Assembly (NCBI GenBank): GCA_963695875.1
Contig: CAVOID010000009.1
Coordinates: forward strand, 128,001 to 192,000
Reading direction: 5' to 3'
Length of the DNA stretch: 64,000 nt
Source: an uncultured delta proteobacterium
GTDB lineage: Bacteria; Desulfobacterota; Syntrophia; Syntrophales; UBA2185
The notes beneath the pieces are model-generated. The model saw nothing but the letters and a program-made list of their open reading frames with translations, did no database searches and was not told the DNA's origin. The position numbers and the translations under genes were made by a program. Shown in pieces: positions 40,659 through 51,987 of the stretch. The first letter of the stretch is position 1; the number at the start of each line of letters is the position of its first letter.

Positions 40659-40887
40659 GGCTAAGGGAGAGAATCTTCAGAGATCATCTCTCAAAAAATT
40701 CAGCAGTTGCTGCCCAAACGCCGTCATGTCGCCGATCTGTTAATCGTTTTGATAAGAACTTGTTTCTGTGAGGTGTAAGCATACGATGGACGACTTTGTA
40801 TGTCAATCAAATCATGACCGTTTGAAATAGCCCGATTGGGAAATGCAAGAATATGCCCAGTGCGACCGAATCCCCTGAATTCTTAGC

Positions 40888-41430
40888 CTAACCGCAGGAA
40901 CATGATGAGGCGCCATTGGGGTTTGAAGAGATGGGGCAACATAGTTCTTGCATATCGGATTCAAAACTACCGACCTTGTCAGAAATCTCCTGATCGGAAA
41001 AAGCTCCGGCATTTTTTCGGACCATTTTAGCCAGGGAAATGCACATTTGCATCTGATCAGGTTTTATGCCATACTTTTTTGTTTTCTGTATTTCTGAAAG
41101 AACATCCGGAGCAGAGTTGGCAGCCACAAACGAAGCAATTCGTATTAGTGATGCAAGCTTTTGCGTAAATTTCTCAGTGACCATTGTATTATCCGCTTTA
41201 TCGTCGCCGATGAGAGATGAAATTTTTGCTTTCATTGTCTTAACAGCTTCGGCCTTTGCATCAAGCCCCAAATCAAAGGCCTTTAACATTTCATTTTCAG
41301 GAATCTTCAGGGATAAGGCAGTCTCGTATAGTTTGTCGGCACATGTTCGGCACCCTGCACCCATGGCAGCTCCCATGGCGATAAGATTCTTTTCCTGATT
41401 AGTTAAATGATCTTCCTGATTCTTATTCAT
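40888..41430 (-). CDS. Carboxymuconolactone decarboxylase/AhpD-like protein with Cys-rich tail
   Basis: LTNQEKNLIAMGAAMGAGCRTC, second repeat without CxxC, tail CC..CSCG. Confidence 0.75.
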   Translation of the reverse strand: MNKNQEDHLTNQEKNLIAMGAAMGAGCRTCADKLYETALSLKIPENEMLKAFDLGLDAKAEAVKTMKAKISSLIGDDKADNTMVTEKFTQKLASLIRIASFVAANSAPDVLSEIQKTKKYGIKPDQMQMCISLAKMVRKNAGAFSDQEISDKVGSFESDMQELCCPISSNPNGASSCSCG

Positions 41431-41484
41431 AGTTCCGTCCCCCTTCTGTTTAATTTTTTTTCAGGTTTTGTCTTTTTACACCCT

Positions 41485-41513
41485 TAGACGAAAAAGAAAC
41501 GGAAAAGGATACA
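41485..41513 (-). promoter_or_regulatory. ECF sigma-type promoter
   Basis: TGTATCC-N16-CGTCTA upstream of the AhpD-like gene. Confidence 0.55.
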
Positions 41514-41786
41514 AAAAATCACACCCTATGGCCTAAAACCAGCCTATCTTTCATTATGTATTTTTCGTTTATTTCTGGTTGATATGTGTGATGTCTTCCC
41601 CCACCTATTCTATTCCACCATGAATTTAGTTATACGCATGACTTACCTTGACACGAAGTCATCTCACTGACAAAATACGCAATAACTTCGAGAGAGCCTC
41701 TTACCCCGTAATCGTCCTTTATAGCCATGGGAGGAAGGCTAAATTTCATACAGTCAAAATCCATTATCGGAAAGGAAAGTCCATCA

Positions 41787-43738
41787 ATGAACGAGATTAA
41801 ACGTTCCCTGTGGAATCGATTTGTCACTATCGCCCAGCCTTATTTTTTCCCCACTGTTCGCGGCGGAAGCTGGTATATGCTCCTTCTTTTATTGATGCTG
41901 CTTATTTTTCTCTTCGGCGTCCTATTCATGGTTGTCGCAGGAATTACCATGACAGGAAGCCTCTTCGCACCTTCCCTGACAGCCAAAGTAGCATCCGGAC
42001 TGTTATCCCTGATCCAGTATATCTTCCACACCAATGCCTGGATGATTGTCGCCGGTACACTGGTCATTCCTGCCGCCTGCTTTATGCTCTTTGCTCCACA
42101 GTTGCGCGCCCGCAAGCGGGCGTGGACGCTCCTTGCCGTTGTTCTTCTCCTTTCCTTTTCCGTGACGGGGATCAACGTTGCCTTCAGCTATATCGGCAAC
42201 TACTTCACCAACGCCCTAGTCAAGAAAAATCAGGACATGGCGTATCTGTTCGTCGCCGTCTATTTCTGCGGCTTCCTTGTAGGAATTCCTATCGTGGCGT
42301 TATACGGCTACGTACAGAATTATCTGGGATTGCGCTGGCGGGAATGGATGACCGGAGAGTTTCTCAATAACTATTTTAAGAACCGCAACTATTATGAGAT
42401 TGAGATAAGCTCAAAGATAGACAACCCCGATCAGCGTATCATGGAAGACATTCGTTCGTTTACCCGGACTTCTCTCGTCTTTCTCCTGATTTTACTGGGT
42501 TCTCTGATGGATCTCGCTTCCTTTACAGGGATTCTCTGGTCGAAATCGGTTCTCCTTGTCGTCGTCGTCCTGGGCTACTCTTTAGTGGGCAGTGTCCTCA
42601 CTGTCCTGATAGGACGGCGGCTTGTCCGCTTGAACTTCAATCAGCTCCGGTACGAGGCGGATTTCCGCTACTCCCTTGTGCATGTGCGCGATAACGCCGA
42701 GTCGATTGCCTTTTATCAGGGCGAGAAACCGGAGGTCGCCCACATCGGAGAGCGTTTCCGCAACGTATTGAGAAACTTCGGCCTCCTCATCGGCTGGCAG
42801 CGGAACCTGTCGTTTTTCACGACGGCATACAGCTACCTCCCTGTGGTCCTGCCATTTCTCGTGCTGTTTCCCCAGTACTTCGGCGGCGAAATCGAATACG
42901 GCGACATGGTCCAGGCCAATTTCGCTTTCACCCAGGTATATGCGTCGCTCTCCCTCATCGTCTCTCAAATGGAACAGCTAACGAATTTTGCCGCGGGTGT
43001 GCAGCGACTGTCAACCTTTGCCGACATTACGACACCGGAGCTGGCGCCTGTTCCCGGCATCAAGTCTCAAGATGCCGACCGGTTTGCCCTTAATAATCTC
43101 ACCCTCCTTACGCCGAGCAGGAATCGCAAGCTCATCAATGATTTGACCGTGGATTTAAAAAGGGTGACAACATGGTCGTTGTCGGTCAGAGCGGCGTAGG
43201 GAAGAGTTCCCTCCTCAGGGCGATCGCCGGCTTGTGGACACAGGGCGCGGGCGAGATCGAGCGGCCGCCTCTGTCTGATATTTTCTTTCTCCCGCAAAGA
43301 CCCTACATGCTGCTTGGATCGCTGCGGGATCAGCTGCTCTACCCCCGATTGGAAAGGCAGGTCTCGGAAGAGGAATTACAACGTGTCCTGGAGACGGTCA
43401 GACTTGGGGATCTGTCGGAGCGGGTGGGTGGATTCGATGTGGAATTGGATTGGGCCGATGTCCTTTCTCTGGGCGAACAGCAGAGATTAGCCTTTGCCCG
43501 GCTGCTGATGAACCAGCCCAGGTATGCCGTCATGGACGAAGCGACGAGCGCCCTTGATCTGGAGAATGAGGCCAACCTCTACCGAAAATTAAATGAATTG
43601 GATATCCACTATATCAGTGTCGGCCATCGCACCAGTATCCTGGATTACCATAACCGTGTGCTGGAGCTGCAGGGACAGGAGAAGTGGCGATTGATGCCCG
43701 TTCCAGAGTACCGGGCATCAATGAGTATCACGGCATAA
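41787..43738 (+). pseudogene. SbmA/BacA/YddA-like fused ABC transporter; -1 frameshift in an A-run near 43160
   Basis: DNPDQRI, EADFRY..AESIAFY; GQSGVGKS, LSLGEQQR, DEATSALD. Confidence 0.9.
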
Positions 43739-43894
43739 ATGTGACTTTGTGTGCCATGGCTTCAAACAGAATTCATTACATCGGTTGATATGGCAGACGG
43801 GAGGGAGGCTTGTCCTGTCGGTAGGTAGGTCGGACGTCTTGCCCGACACTATCTATTGTTTGATAGCGAATTGGTATCGTTTTGGCCGGGGCAC

Positions 43895-46420
43895 TTAATA
43901 GTTTATTTTTTGATAAAATATTTTCTTTACCAGTTCCGCCATTAAGATATAAAGCACCACAATAAGGCCCATCATTACGAGAAAAGATGCAGGCAGGGGT
44001 ATAAACCCGAAAATCTCTCCGACAGGTGTGAAGGGAAAGATAAGCGTGACAAGAACGACAGCAATTGTGGCGACAGATAGATACTTCCCCGGCCGGCTCT
44101 TAAAGAAAGGCCTTCTGCTGCGGATCACCAGCACGATGATTGAGGCAGAAATCACAGACTCCATAAACCACCCCGTCCTGAACTGGTCGGGTGTGGCATG
44201 GAGGATCAGCAAGAGAACCCCGAAAGTGAGATAATCAAAAACCGAACTTACCAGGCCGAAGGTTAACATGAATTTCCGGATAAAAGCAATATTCCAGCTT
44301 CTGGGTTGATCCACCATCTCACCGTCTACATGATCCGTGGCAATGGTCATTTCCGGAAAATCCGTCATCAGATTGGTCAGCAGTATCTGTTTGGGCAGCA
44401 GGGGGAGAAAGGAGAGAAAGAGCGACGCTCCGGCCATGCTGAACATGTTCCCGAAATTGGCACTGGTCGCCATAAAGACATATTTTAAAGTGTTGGCAAA
44501 TGTCGTTCTCCCTTCCCTCACACCTTGTATTAAGACAGCCAGATTTTTTTCCAGGAGTACGATATCCGCAGATTCTTTGGCTACGTCAACCGCGGTGTCC
44601 ACGGAAATGCCTACGTCCGCTGCGTGAAGCGCGGATGCGTCATTGATTCCGTCCCCCATATATCCTACAACATGCCCTGCCTTCCGGAGTGCAATGATAA
44701 TGCGCTCTTTCTGATTGGGCTCTACCTCTGCGAAGATGTCCGTCTCCTTTACTTTCAGCAAAAGAGCCTCATTGCTTATTTCGCGGAGTTCACTTCCGGT
44801 AATGATTTTTGCATCCCGTATCCCCACATCCTTGCTCACCTTGGCGGCGACGAGGCGGTTGTCCCCGGAAATAATTTTCAGAGAAACACCGAGCTTATTG
44901 AGGACAGCAATCGTTTTGGCAATCCCCGCTTTCGGCGGATCGAAAAAAACCAGAAAGCCGAGAAAAGTCATATCCTCCTCATGATCCTTATTGATGGACG
45001 GCTCTGCACCCCTGTCCCGATAAGCGATTCCCAAGACACGAAAGCCCTGGTTGCTGAGCGTCTCAAATCTCTGCTGGATCTGCTGATTTACCGAAGTCAT
45101 ATCAACTTTATCGCCAGAAGGAGTCTCTGCCGTTGAACAGACGGCAAGCACCTTGGGAAGAGTGCCCTTGGTGACCATTAAATACCTGCCGTCCTTTGCC
45201 ACCAGGATACTCAACCGCTTGCGGATGAAGTCATAAGGGACCTCATCCGCCTTTTCATATCCGGCAATATCCGGTTGTTTGTAAGAACGGATCGCTTCAT
45301 CGATAGGATTGGAGAAGCCCTGTTTCAAAGAAGGCATTCAGGTAGGCATGAAGGAAGACCCGGTCGCTGGGATTGCCTTCGATATCTAATGCCGAATGCA
45401 GACGTACTTTCCCTTCGGTCAGGGTTCCTGTCTTGTCCGAGCAGAGGACATCCATGCTCCCGAAATTCTCGATAGCGGCCAGCCGCTTCACAATGACCTT
45501 TTGCTTTGCCATTTTCTTGGCGCCATGGGCCAGATTGATGCTGATAATAGCAGGCAGCAATTGCGGGGTCAGCCCCACTGCCAGAGCCAGAGAAAAAAGA
45601 AACGATTCCAGAACGGGCCGGTGGAAATAGACATTGACGGCAAAAATCAGGAAAACCAGGGCCAGTGTAACTTCCAGCAGCAAAAACCCGAATTGCCGGA
45701 TGCCGTGTTCAAATTCCGTTTCCTGGGGTCTTAGTTTTAGCCTTTCCGATATTTTGCCGAATTCTGCCTGCTTCCCGGTGAAAACCACAACGGCCCTGGC
45801 CGTACCGCTGATTACATGGGTTCCCATAAAGAGGCAGTTGGTGCGCCCGCTGAGAGGTGTTTCCGCCGGCAATAGACCGGCCTCCTTCTCGACGGGGTAG
45901 GTTTCACCAGTCAGGGTTGCCTCATCCACAAAGAGATCTTTTGCTTCTAAAATCAGGCTGTCTGCGGGGATGGCATCTCCGGCATTCAAGATAACGACGT
46001 CTCCCGGAACGACATCTTCCAAGGCATATGTCTGCATGATTTTTGTCACGAAGAACAGTCGTCTTGATCCGGACTATGGCCAGGAGCTTTTCGACGGCAT
46101 CGACGGCGCCCCGTTCCTGCCAGAATCCCAAGGAGGCCGCTGACCAGAACGATAAAAAGAATAATAACGGCATCCACGTGGTCTTGAAGGAAGAAAGATA
46201 ACCCGGCAGCAAAAATAAGCGTGAGGATAATGGGATTTTTAAATTGGGCAAGAAGCAGCGCCGCCGTATCGGACCGTTTCGGCGGCTTGAGCAGGTTAGC
46301 GCCATAATTGATCAGCCGCCGCCTGGCCTCCTCGCTGCTCAATCCTTCCTGCTGAGATTCAAGCTGAGTCAGTAAATCAGCCTGCGGTATGTTCCAGAAA
46401 TTGGTTGGTTGTTGGATCAT
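43895..46420 (-). pseudogene. mgtA: Mg2+-translocating P-type ATPase with three +1 frameshifts (~46130, ~46028, ~45320)
   Basis: LTGE, DKTGTLT, PYDFIRKR, DPPK, GDGIND, SANFGNMFS. Confidence 0.9.
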
Positions 46421-46485
46421 TAGGCTTTCCAATCGTCATGACGGACTGATGGTTCTCCAAAACAGGTGCGATAATTACAGGGTGA

Positions 46486-47004
46486 TTAATCCGCCACAGT
46501 CTCAATAGACAAATCTACATCTTCCAATGTAGGTTTCGCGGGACTCCAGCGAAATTTCCAATGAGAGGTTGCGGTGCGCACAGGGGTGGCAATGTCCGAA
46601 GACTGGTATTCCACCCATATGGTCAGATCAAACCACCAGTTAAGGATTGCCTTATAGCCCCAAAAGTGAACCTTGCTGGCCACGCCCGGGTGCTCAGCAA
46701 GCAACAGGTCGTGCATGTCCCACTTTAATGTCCCTCCGGGCGGAAGCGATCCCACAGTCTTGGTCCGGGAGAGTGCCTCGGTTATATCTTGAACCGATCC
46801 TCCTTCCTGGGCAAGCGTGGCATGAGGTATAAACCCGACAACTGTCGCATTGCTGGCATTTCTTATCGAAAGTATCGCTCTGTTGAAAGGTATCTCCCTG
46901 CCCCCGGTCACGCTGAGTTTTGAAGGGACCGGTATCAGAGAAATCTCCAGGTTGAGTTCTTGTCCTTTCACCTGTCCGTTCCTATCTGTTATATTTGGAT
47001 TCAT
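46486..47004 (-). CDS. Hypothetical beta-rich protein
   Basis: GAAGGGA RBS; own TTGACG-N17-TACACT promoter. Confidence 0.7.
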   Translation of the reverse strand: MNPNITDRNGQVKGQELNLEISLIPVPSKLSVTGGREIPFNRAILSIRNASNATVVGFIPHATLAQEGGSVQDITEALSRTKTVGSLPPGGTLKWDMHDLLLAEHPGVASKVHFWGYKAILNWWFDLTIWVEYQSSDIATPVRTATSHWKFRWSPAKPTLEDVDLSIETVAD

Positions 47005-47090
47005 GGTCCCTTCCTTTCTATCTTACTTGTCCCTTCTTGCATGGATAGTGTAAAAGAAGAAAATTGATACGTCAATCAAGAAAATTTTTG

Positions 47091-47260
47091 CAGCCTCCCC
47101 GTATCCCCGCCTCCGAGGACAGGCTTGCCATGAGGGTATCCAGTCAGTTATTGTCATTCCGGGCGTGACCCAGAATTCACTAACAAGCGCGATCCTGACT
47201 CCTACCTGTCATCCTGTACCTGATAAACCGACCCCGTACCTGATACGGGGGGGGTCCAGT
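47091..47260. repeat. Cluster of degenerate TGTCAT-type REP-like palindromes (family C)
   Basis: 47208-47260 resembles the reverse complement of 51911-51963. Confidence 0.7.
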
Positions 47261-47638
47261 TCTCTTAATCTTTCATTCCGTCCTATGGTTTTACGAAAAA
47301 CCCCTTGACCGATTCTATATTCAGGTATACTTTTCACTTAAATTTCAAGCGGATATTGAGGACAATATTGCGACACTCTTTTGATTCATAGCTAAGAGGG
47401 ATAAATGAATGTACCGATTCACGCAACCCTGTTTCTTAAAAGAGAGCGGGGTTTTGTATTTTCATCAGTAAAGAGGTGATGGCCACAGAAGGAAATCTCC
47501 CAAAGAAGACCTTTGAATATAATTTGATGAAGCTCAAGGTAAAAGGGCTGATTAAACGTATCGGACTTAACAGTGTGGGCATTGGGAAATTGTGGATAGC
47601 CGACATAACGGGGCCGTGAGCACAGAATGGGGGAGAAA

Positions 47639-49366
47639 ATGACAGCAACATTTAACAACTATCTACAGGCGGAAGTCAAGCAAATTAGTCAACGCGAACG
47701 GCTTACCGGTGACCAAGCTTTCTTATTCTGGTTTGCAATCACCATTCTAGAGTTGTCCGAAGACGATGCCCGTGAGGCAATATCTATAGCAGGAGCTAAT
47801 GATAAAGGAATTGATCTTTTTTGGGTAGATGATGACGAGGGCCGTGTCGTTATCGCGCAAGGCAAGTATTCTGTCAAACTTGCATCAAAACCTAAGATAG
47901 CACACATCTCTAAGCTGGAAAGTAGTCTAAACTGGCTTGCCAATTCAGAGGCTTTGCGGCGTGACGGCAAAGCCGACCTTGCACAGGCAGCCGATGACTA
48001 TATAGAGGCAGTAAAACAAGGCTACGGTGTGGAACTGTGGTTCATTTATGCTGGTGCAAAATGTGCGAACATCGATAAACATATCAGTGTGTATAATCAG
48101 AATAAAGATAACATCGAGAAAAGGCGAACGTTTAGACATTACCATATTGATCTCCTGCGGGCCACGTGGGAAGAGCTGGAAGGCAAATCCCGGCGAATTG
48201 ACACTGAAGAAATCACCATAATTGATAGAAACTCCCTGCCTTTTAAAGGCGCATTTGGAAAGGCCATGGTAGCAACAGTTCAAGGCAGAGAGATTGTCCG
48301 ACTGTATGAAAAATATGAGGAGCGTCTCTTTGATAGAAACGTGAGATTGTTCTTAGGTGTAAGAAAAGGTTCAGTTAATGCTGGAATTGCAGAGACATTG
48401 CGCAACAAATCAGAGTGCGGTAATTTTTGGGCATACAATAACGGTCTTACCGTTATCTGCGATGATTTCGCGCCTGACAAGTTGAAAGTCAAACTTATTA
48501 ACTTCAGTATTGTGAACGGATGTCAGACTGCTGTCTCTCTCACGCAAGCGCAAAAAAGTAACGTGAGCGATGTAGCAGTTCTTGTTAGATTTGTCGCTGC
48601 CCGAGCAGGAATCGTTGATGATATTATTAGGTATACCAATTCGCAAAACCCTATAAGGACATGGGACATCGCGTCACAAGATCGAACACAGCGAAGATTG
48701 CAAGCCGGTTTTGAAAAACTTTCCAAGCCATTCATCTATTTGACACGACGAGGTTCTCGTCCTAAAGGTGCCTTAAGTAAGTATCGAGAAGGTGGAAAAT
48801 TAAGGCAGATACGAGTTGATATTATGGGCCAGTATGCAGCAGCTTTTCGTGAGGATGCTGTCCTTGCGTACAAGCACAAGGCTTTCATTTTTTCTAAATA
48901 TCATGATGATGTTTTTCCGCCAGATGTTAGAGTTGAAGAGGTCCTGCTTCAATGGATATGTGGTGATCTTGTAAGAGAAGTAGTTCAAGAAGCAATGGTA
49001 TCGAAGAAAGAGGCCGAGCTGCGCATCTTGAAGAAGGGTGGGACTCTTTTTGTACTCGCAACAATGTCAAAAATCCTGTCTTTGCGCAATGGCGCAACAT
49101 ACTTAAGCAATTGTTCAGAGTCTGCAATACTAAGTAAGGCAATGCTATCTCGCCTTCGCAAATATGCTGAGTACGCAAGAGACGCATACATCCAAGCTGT
49201 AATGGATCAAAGCGAACTTGAGGAGGCGGAGTTGGCTACATTAGTCAGACAGCCCGATTTTTTCAAAAAGGTCGTGGACCGTATAGGGCGACAGTATGAA
49301 AAAGATGCCCGCGCAAGCAGTTGGCTGAAAGAAGCACTTCCTCCTATTAACCTGAAAGGCAATTAG
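47639..49366 (+). CDS. AIPR family protein with N-terminal PD-(D/E/Q)xK nuclease-like domain
   Basis: DKGID..IAQGKY; LFDRNVRLFLG, FWAYNNGLTVIC, IVNGCQT, TNSQN. Confidence 0.88.
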   Translation: MTATFNNYLQAEVKQISQRERLTGDQAFLFWFAITILELSEDDAREAISIAGANDKGIDLFWVDDDEGRVVIAQGKYSVKLASKPKIAHISKLESSLNWLANSEALRRDGKADLAQAADDYIEAVKQGYGVELWFIYAGAKCANIDKHISVYNQNKDNIEKRRTFRHYHIDLLRATWEELEGKSRRIDTEEITIIDRNSLPFKGAFGKAMVATVQGREIVRLYEKYEERLFDRNVRLFLGVRKGSVNAGIAETLRNKSECGNFWAYNNGLTVICDDFAPDKLKVKLINFSIVNGCQTAVSLTQAQKSNVSDVAVLVRFVAARAGIVDDIIRYTNSQNPIRTWDIASQDRTQRRLQAGFEKLSKPFIYLTRRGSRPKGALSKYREGGKLRQIRVDIMGQYAAAFREDAVLAYKHKAFIFSKYHDDVFPPDVRVEEVLLQWICGDLVREVVQEAMVSKKEAELRILKKGGTLFVLATMSKILSLRNGATYLSNCSESAILSKAMLSRLRKYAEYARDAYIQAVMDQSELEEAELATLVRQPDFFKKVVDRIGRQYEKDARASSWLKEALPPINLKGN

Positions 49367-49511
49367 ATCCCATATATCTGCAGAAGAAATGAAAAAAAGG
49401 TGCGTGTCCGGAACAGTTAAAAACCGTTCAAGTACCAAGCGCCGTTTCGTATCAAAGAAGAAATGACGATGTAAGTCATTCGAATTTATCTAAAAACGGA
49501 AGGAGACTCCA

Positions 49512-50087
49512 ATGAAAGTAGTAGCTCTAAACGGAAGTGCCCGCAAAGACGGCAATACGGCAATTCTTATCAATACGGTTTTCGACGAGCTGAAAAAAGA
49601 AGGAATAGAGACGGAAATGATTCAGCTCGCGGGAAATCCCATAGCGGGTTGCATAGCCTGTTACAAGTGTTTTAAAAACAAGAATCGTCGGTGCTCGGTT
49701 GATAAAGACATACTTAATGATTGCATTGCAAAGATGGAGAAAGCTGAGGGGATATTGCTGGGATCACCGACATATTTTTCCGATGTCTCGTCGGGCATGC
49801 GGGCATTCATCGAGCGATGCGGCTTTGTTTCGCGGGCCAACGATTATATGTTCAAGTACAAGGTCGGGGCCGGGGTTGTCGCCGTGCGCCGGGCCGGTGC
49901 AATCCCCGCGTTCAACTCCATGATGCTCTTTCTGCATTACATGCAGATGATGATCCCGGGCTCCAGTTACTGGAATTTGGCTATCGGAAGGGACCCCGGC
50001 GATGTGTTGAAAGATGACGAAGGGATTCAAACCATGAAGACCCTCGGGCAAAACATGGCATGGCTTCTCAAAAAAATCCATGGATGA
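49512..50087 (+). CDS. Iron-sulfur flavoprotein (flavodoxin-fold FMN reductase family)
   Basis: GSARKDGNT, CIACYKC-x7-C, GSPTYF. Confidence 0.92.
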   Translation: MKVVALNGSARKDGNTAILINTVFDELKKEGIETEMIQLAGNPIAGCIACYKCFKNKNRRCSVDKDILNDCIAKMEKAEGILLGSPTYFSDVSSGMRAFIERCGFVSRANDYMFKYKVGAGVVAVRRAGAIPAFNSMMLFLHYMQMMIPGSSYWNLAIGRDPGDVLKDDEGIQTMKTLGQNMAWLLKKIHG

Positions 50088-50099
50088 GATTCCGGCTGT

Positions 50100-50765
50100 T
50101 TAATCAGCCCACTTGACATATTCATCTATGTCAGCCCTTTTTCTTTCAAAGCTATTTATGGGGTAGCTCTGATCAGGATATCCCATGGCTACCCCTATGA
50201 CGATTCTCCGATCCTCGGGAATGGATAGGATTTTGCGCAACAGCTGTGGATATCCGACAGACATAGCCATAATGCAGGTCCCGATCCCTTTCTGATGGGC
50301 AGCAAGACATACAGTCTGCAAGATGAGGCCCACATCGAGCATAGCATATTCAATACGGGTATCCCTGGAAATACAGGCGACAATCAGACACGGCGCACCG
50401 AGAAGCGAGGCCATGTTTCCATATAATTTCTTGCGGGCTTCCTTGTCTTCGCGTTTGATATTTAAGGTCCTCAGAATGATTTCCCCAAGTTCGTCATACC
50501 TTCTTTTCAGGTGCGCAGGCCAGACTTCCGGCATGGGCACATCGGGGGTGAAAGGCTGATCATTGATAAACAAATTGTGATTTGCTTTCCTGAAATCCTC
50601 AAGCAGTTTTCCTGTCAGCACATAAAATTCCCACGGCTGCGTGTTGCCCCAGGATGGCGCCCAGCGCGCCGTCTCCAGGATTTCACGGATGATCTCCCGG
50701 GAAATCCCATCAGGTTTGAATTTCCTGATGCTCCGCCTATCTTTGATTGCAGCCCCTAATTCCAT
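50100..50765 (-). CDS. Nitroreductase family protein
   Basis: RRSIRKF, APSWGNTQPW, GIGTC, GYPD. Confidence 0.93.
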   Translation of the reverse strand: MELGAAIKDRRSIRKFKPDGISREIIREILETARWAPSWGNTQPWEFYVLTGKLLEDFRKANHNLFINDQPFTPDVPMPEVWPAHLKRRYDELGEIILRTLNIKREDKEARKKLYGNMASLLGAPCLIVACISRDTRIEYAMLDVGLILQTVCLAAHQKGIGTCIMAMSVGYPQLLRKILSIPEDRRIVIGVAMGYPDQSYPINSFERKRADIDEYVKWAD

Positions 50766-50987
50766 TTCAACATCCTCCCACGATTATTTTAATTATCCCT
50801 CTCGCACAGCCGATATAGAGGATTCCAGTTCTGCTTCGAACAAAGGTCCCTGCAAAAGGAGGTTAAACCAGGGACCGCTGTTCAGATAAGAAGATGAGGG
50901 GATAAGGATAACGACGCAGAATTTTGCTTTTTTCTAAAAAGAGCATACTAATTTCCCTCTATGCATATTAACTAAATTGAGATTTGC

Positions 50988-51326
50988 TCAATATTTCATC
51001 ACTCCCGCTAACTTTAGATTGGGCAGGAAAAAACCCGCGACGACAACGCTGCTTATGATCACGGCCCAGGCAATGTACTTCAGCATTTGCCGGGAATCAA
51101 ATTTTGTTTCAAGCTTCATGCCCGAAAAAATGAACCCGAGAGCGAGAAACACAACAACGATAATAACACCATGCGTTGTCCAGTGATGCCCCAGTGCCGC
51201 CTTCATGACACTCATGACAGCGTCATTCTTTTCCTTAATGACCAGGATAACAGCATTTAAGAAGCTCGTTACGACCAAAGAAATACCAAACCCGGCGGCA
51301 TATTTATCCATCAATGTATTCTCCAT
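50988..51326 (-). CDS. 3-TM hypothetical protein (GHHWTTHG)
   Basis: Hydrophobic helices, GGAG RBS, coupled to upstream gene. Confidence 0.78.
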   Translation of the reverse strand: MENTLMDKYAAGFGISLVVTSFLNAVILVIKEKNDAVMSVMKAALGHHWTTHGVIIVVVFLALGFIFSGMKLETKFDSRQMLKYIAWAVIISSVVVAGFFLPNLKLAGVMKY

Positions 51327-51331
51327 AGCTC

Positions 51332-51793
51332 CTACCTCCCCATAAGTCCCATGGTTACGCCTTTGCTGATGATCCCGCCGGCGCCTTCCATGAAAAAGCC
51401 CAATAAAACGATCAGCGCAGAAATCCCGAGAACCAGTTTTCGCTTCTGCTTCTCCATGAGGGGGACATTCCTATAGACAGCGATCGGCAGGTATATGGCA
51501 AGCAGTAACATTGCGAAAAAGATATGTTCCTTGACTTCCATGAAAAAATTATGGGCCCACGGCCATTGACCTGCTTTTATGATATCTCTGTCATGGCCGT
51601 AATAAACCACATACCAGTATCCGCCGATAAGATAGGCAAGGACAATAAACACGGCAACGGCCAGGCTTAATTTCTTTATCCTCTCAATATTGCCCTCATT
51701 GACATTCAAGACATCCACGAACAATGCGACAGCAAAGAGGATGCCAATGACGCCCAGTGCCACATGAGTCATCATTATTCCCTGGATAAACAT
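51332..51793 (-). CDS. 4-TM hypothetical protein with several His
   Basis: MTH.., PWAHNFFMEVKEH; GGAGGGAG RBS. Confidence 0.8.
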   Translation of the reverse strand: MFIQGIMMTHVALGVIGILFAVALFVDVLNVNEGNIERIKKLSLAVAVFIVLAYLIGGYWYVVYYGHDRDIIKAGQWPWAHNFFMEVKEHIFFAMLLLAIYLPIAVYRNVPLMEKQKRKLVLGISALIVLLGFFMEGAGGIISKGVTMGLMGR

Positions 51794-51875
51794 AATCTCC
51801 CTCCCTTCCGGAAAACTTAATGTTGAATGCTTTTTTTGTTAAGCATTATTAGCCCTGCAAGCAAATTTATCAATT

Positions 51876-51963
51876 TGTCATTCCGGCGGAAGCTGGAATC
51901 TACTGAAAAGACTGGATGCCCCGTATCAAGTACGGGACAGGCTTATCATAGTTCGGCATGACA
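51876..51963. repeat. REP-like composite palindrome (family C)
   Basis: TGTCATTCCGGCGGAAGCTGGAATC..CTGGATGCCCCGTATCAAGTACGGG..GGCATGACA. Confidence 0.8.
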
Positions 51964-51987
51964 TTAGACTTCGTGGATCTGTTCTCC

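Noticed and set aside
40560..40730. Phase variation through (TACTGTTAG)x3
   Set aside because: A 9-bp unit keeps frame and lies in no convincing gene
41604..41640. Sixth direct-repeat promoter box (also a half-site at 7797-7807)
   Set aside because: Only one reasonable heptamer and no TTG at the fixed +28 position
43150..43175. Programmed frameshift at TTTAAAAAGGG in the ABC gene
   Set aside because: This family is normally one polypeptide; a homopolymer error is simpler given the other indels
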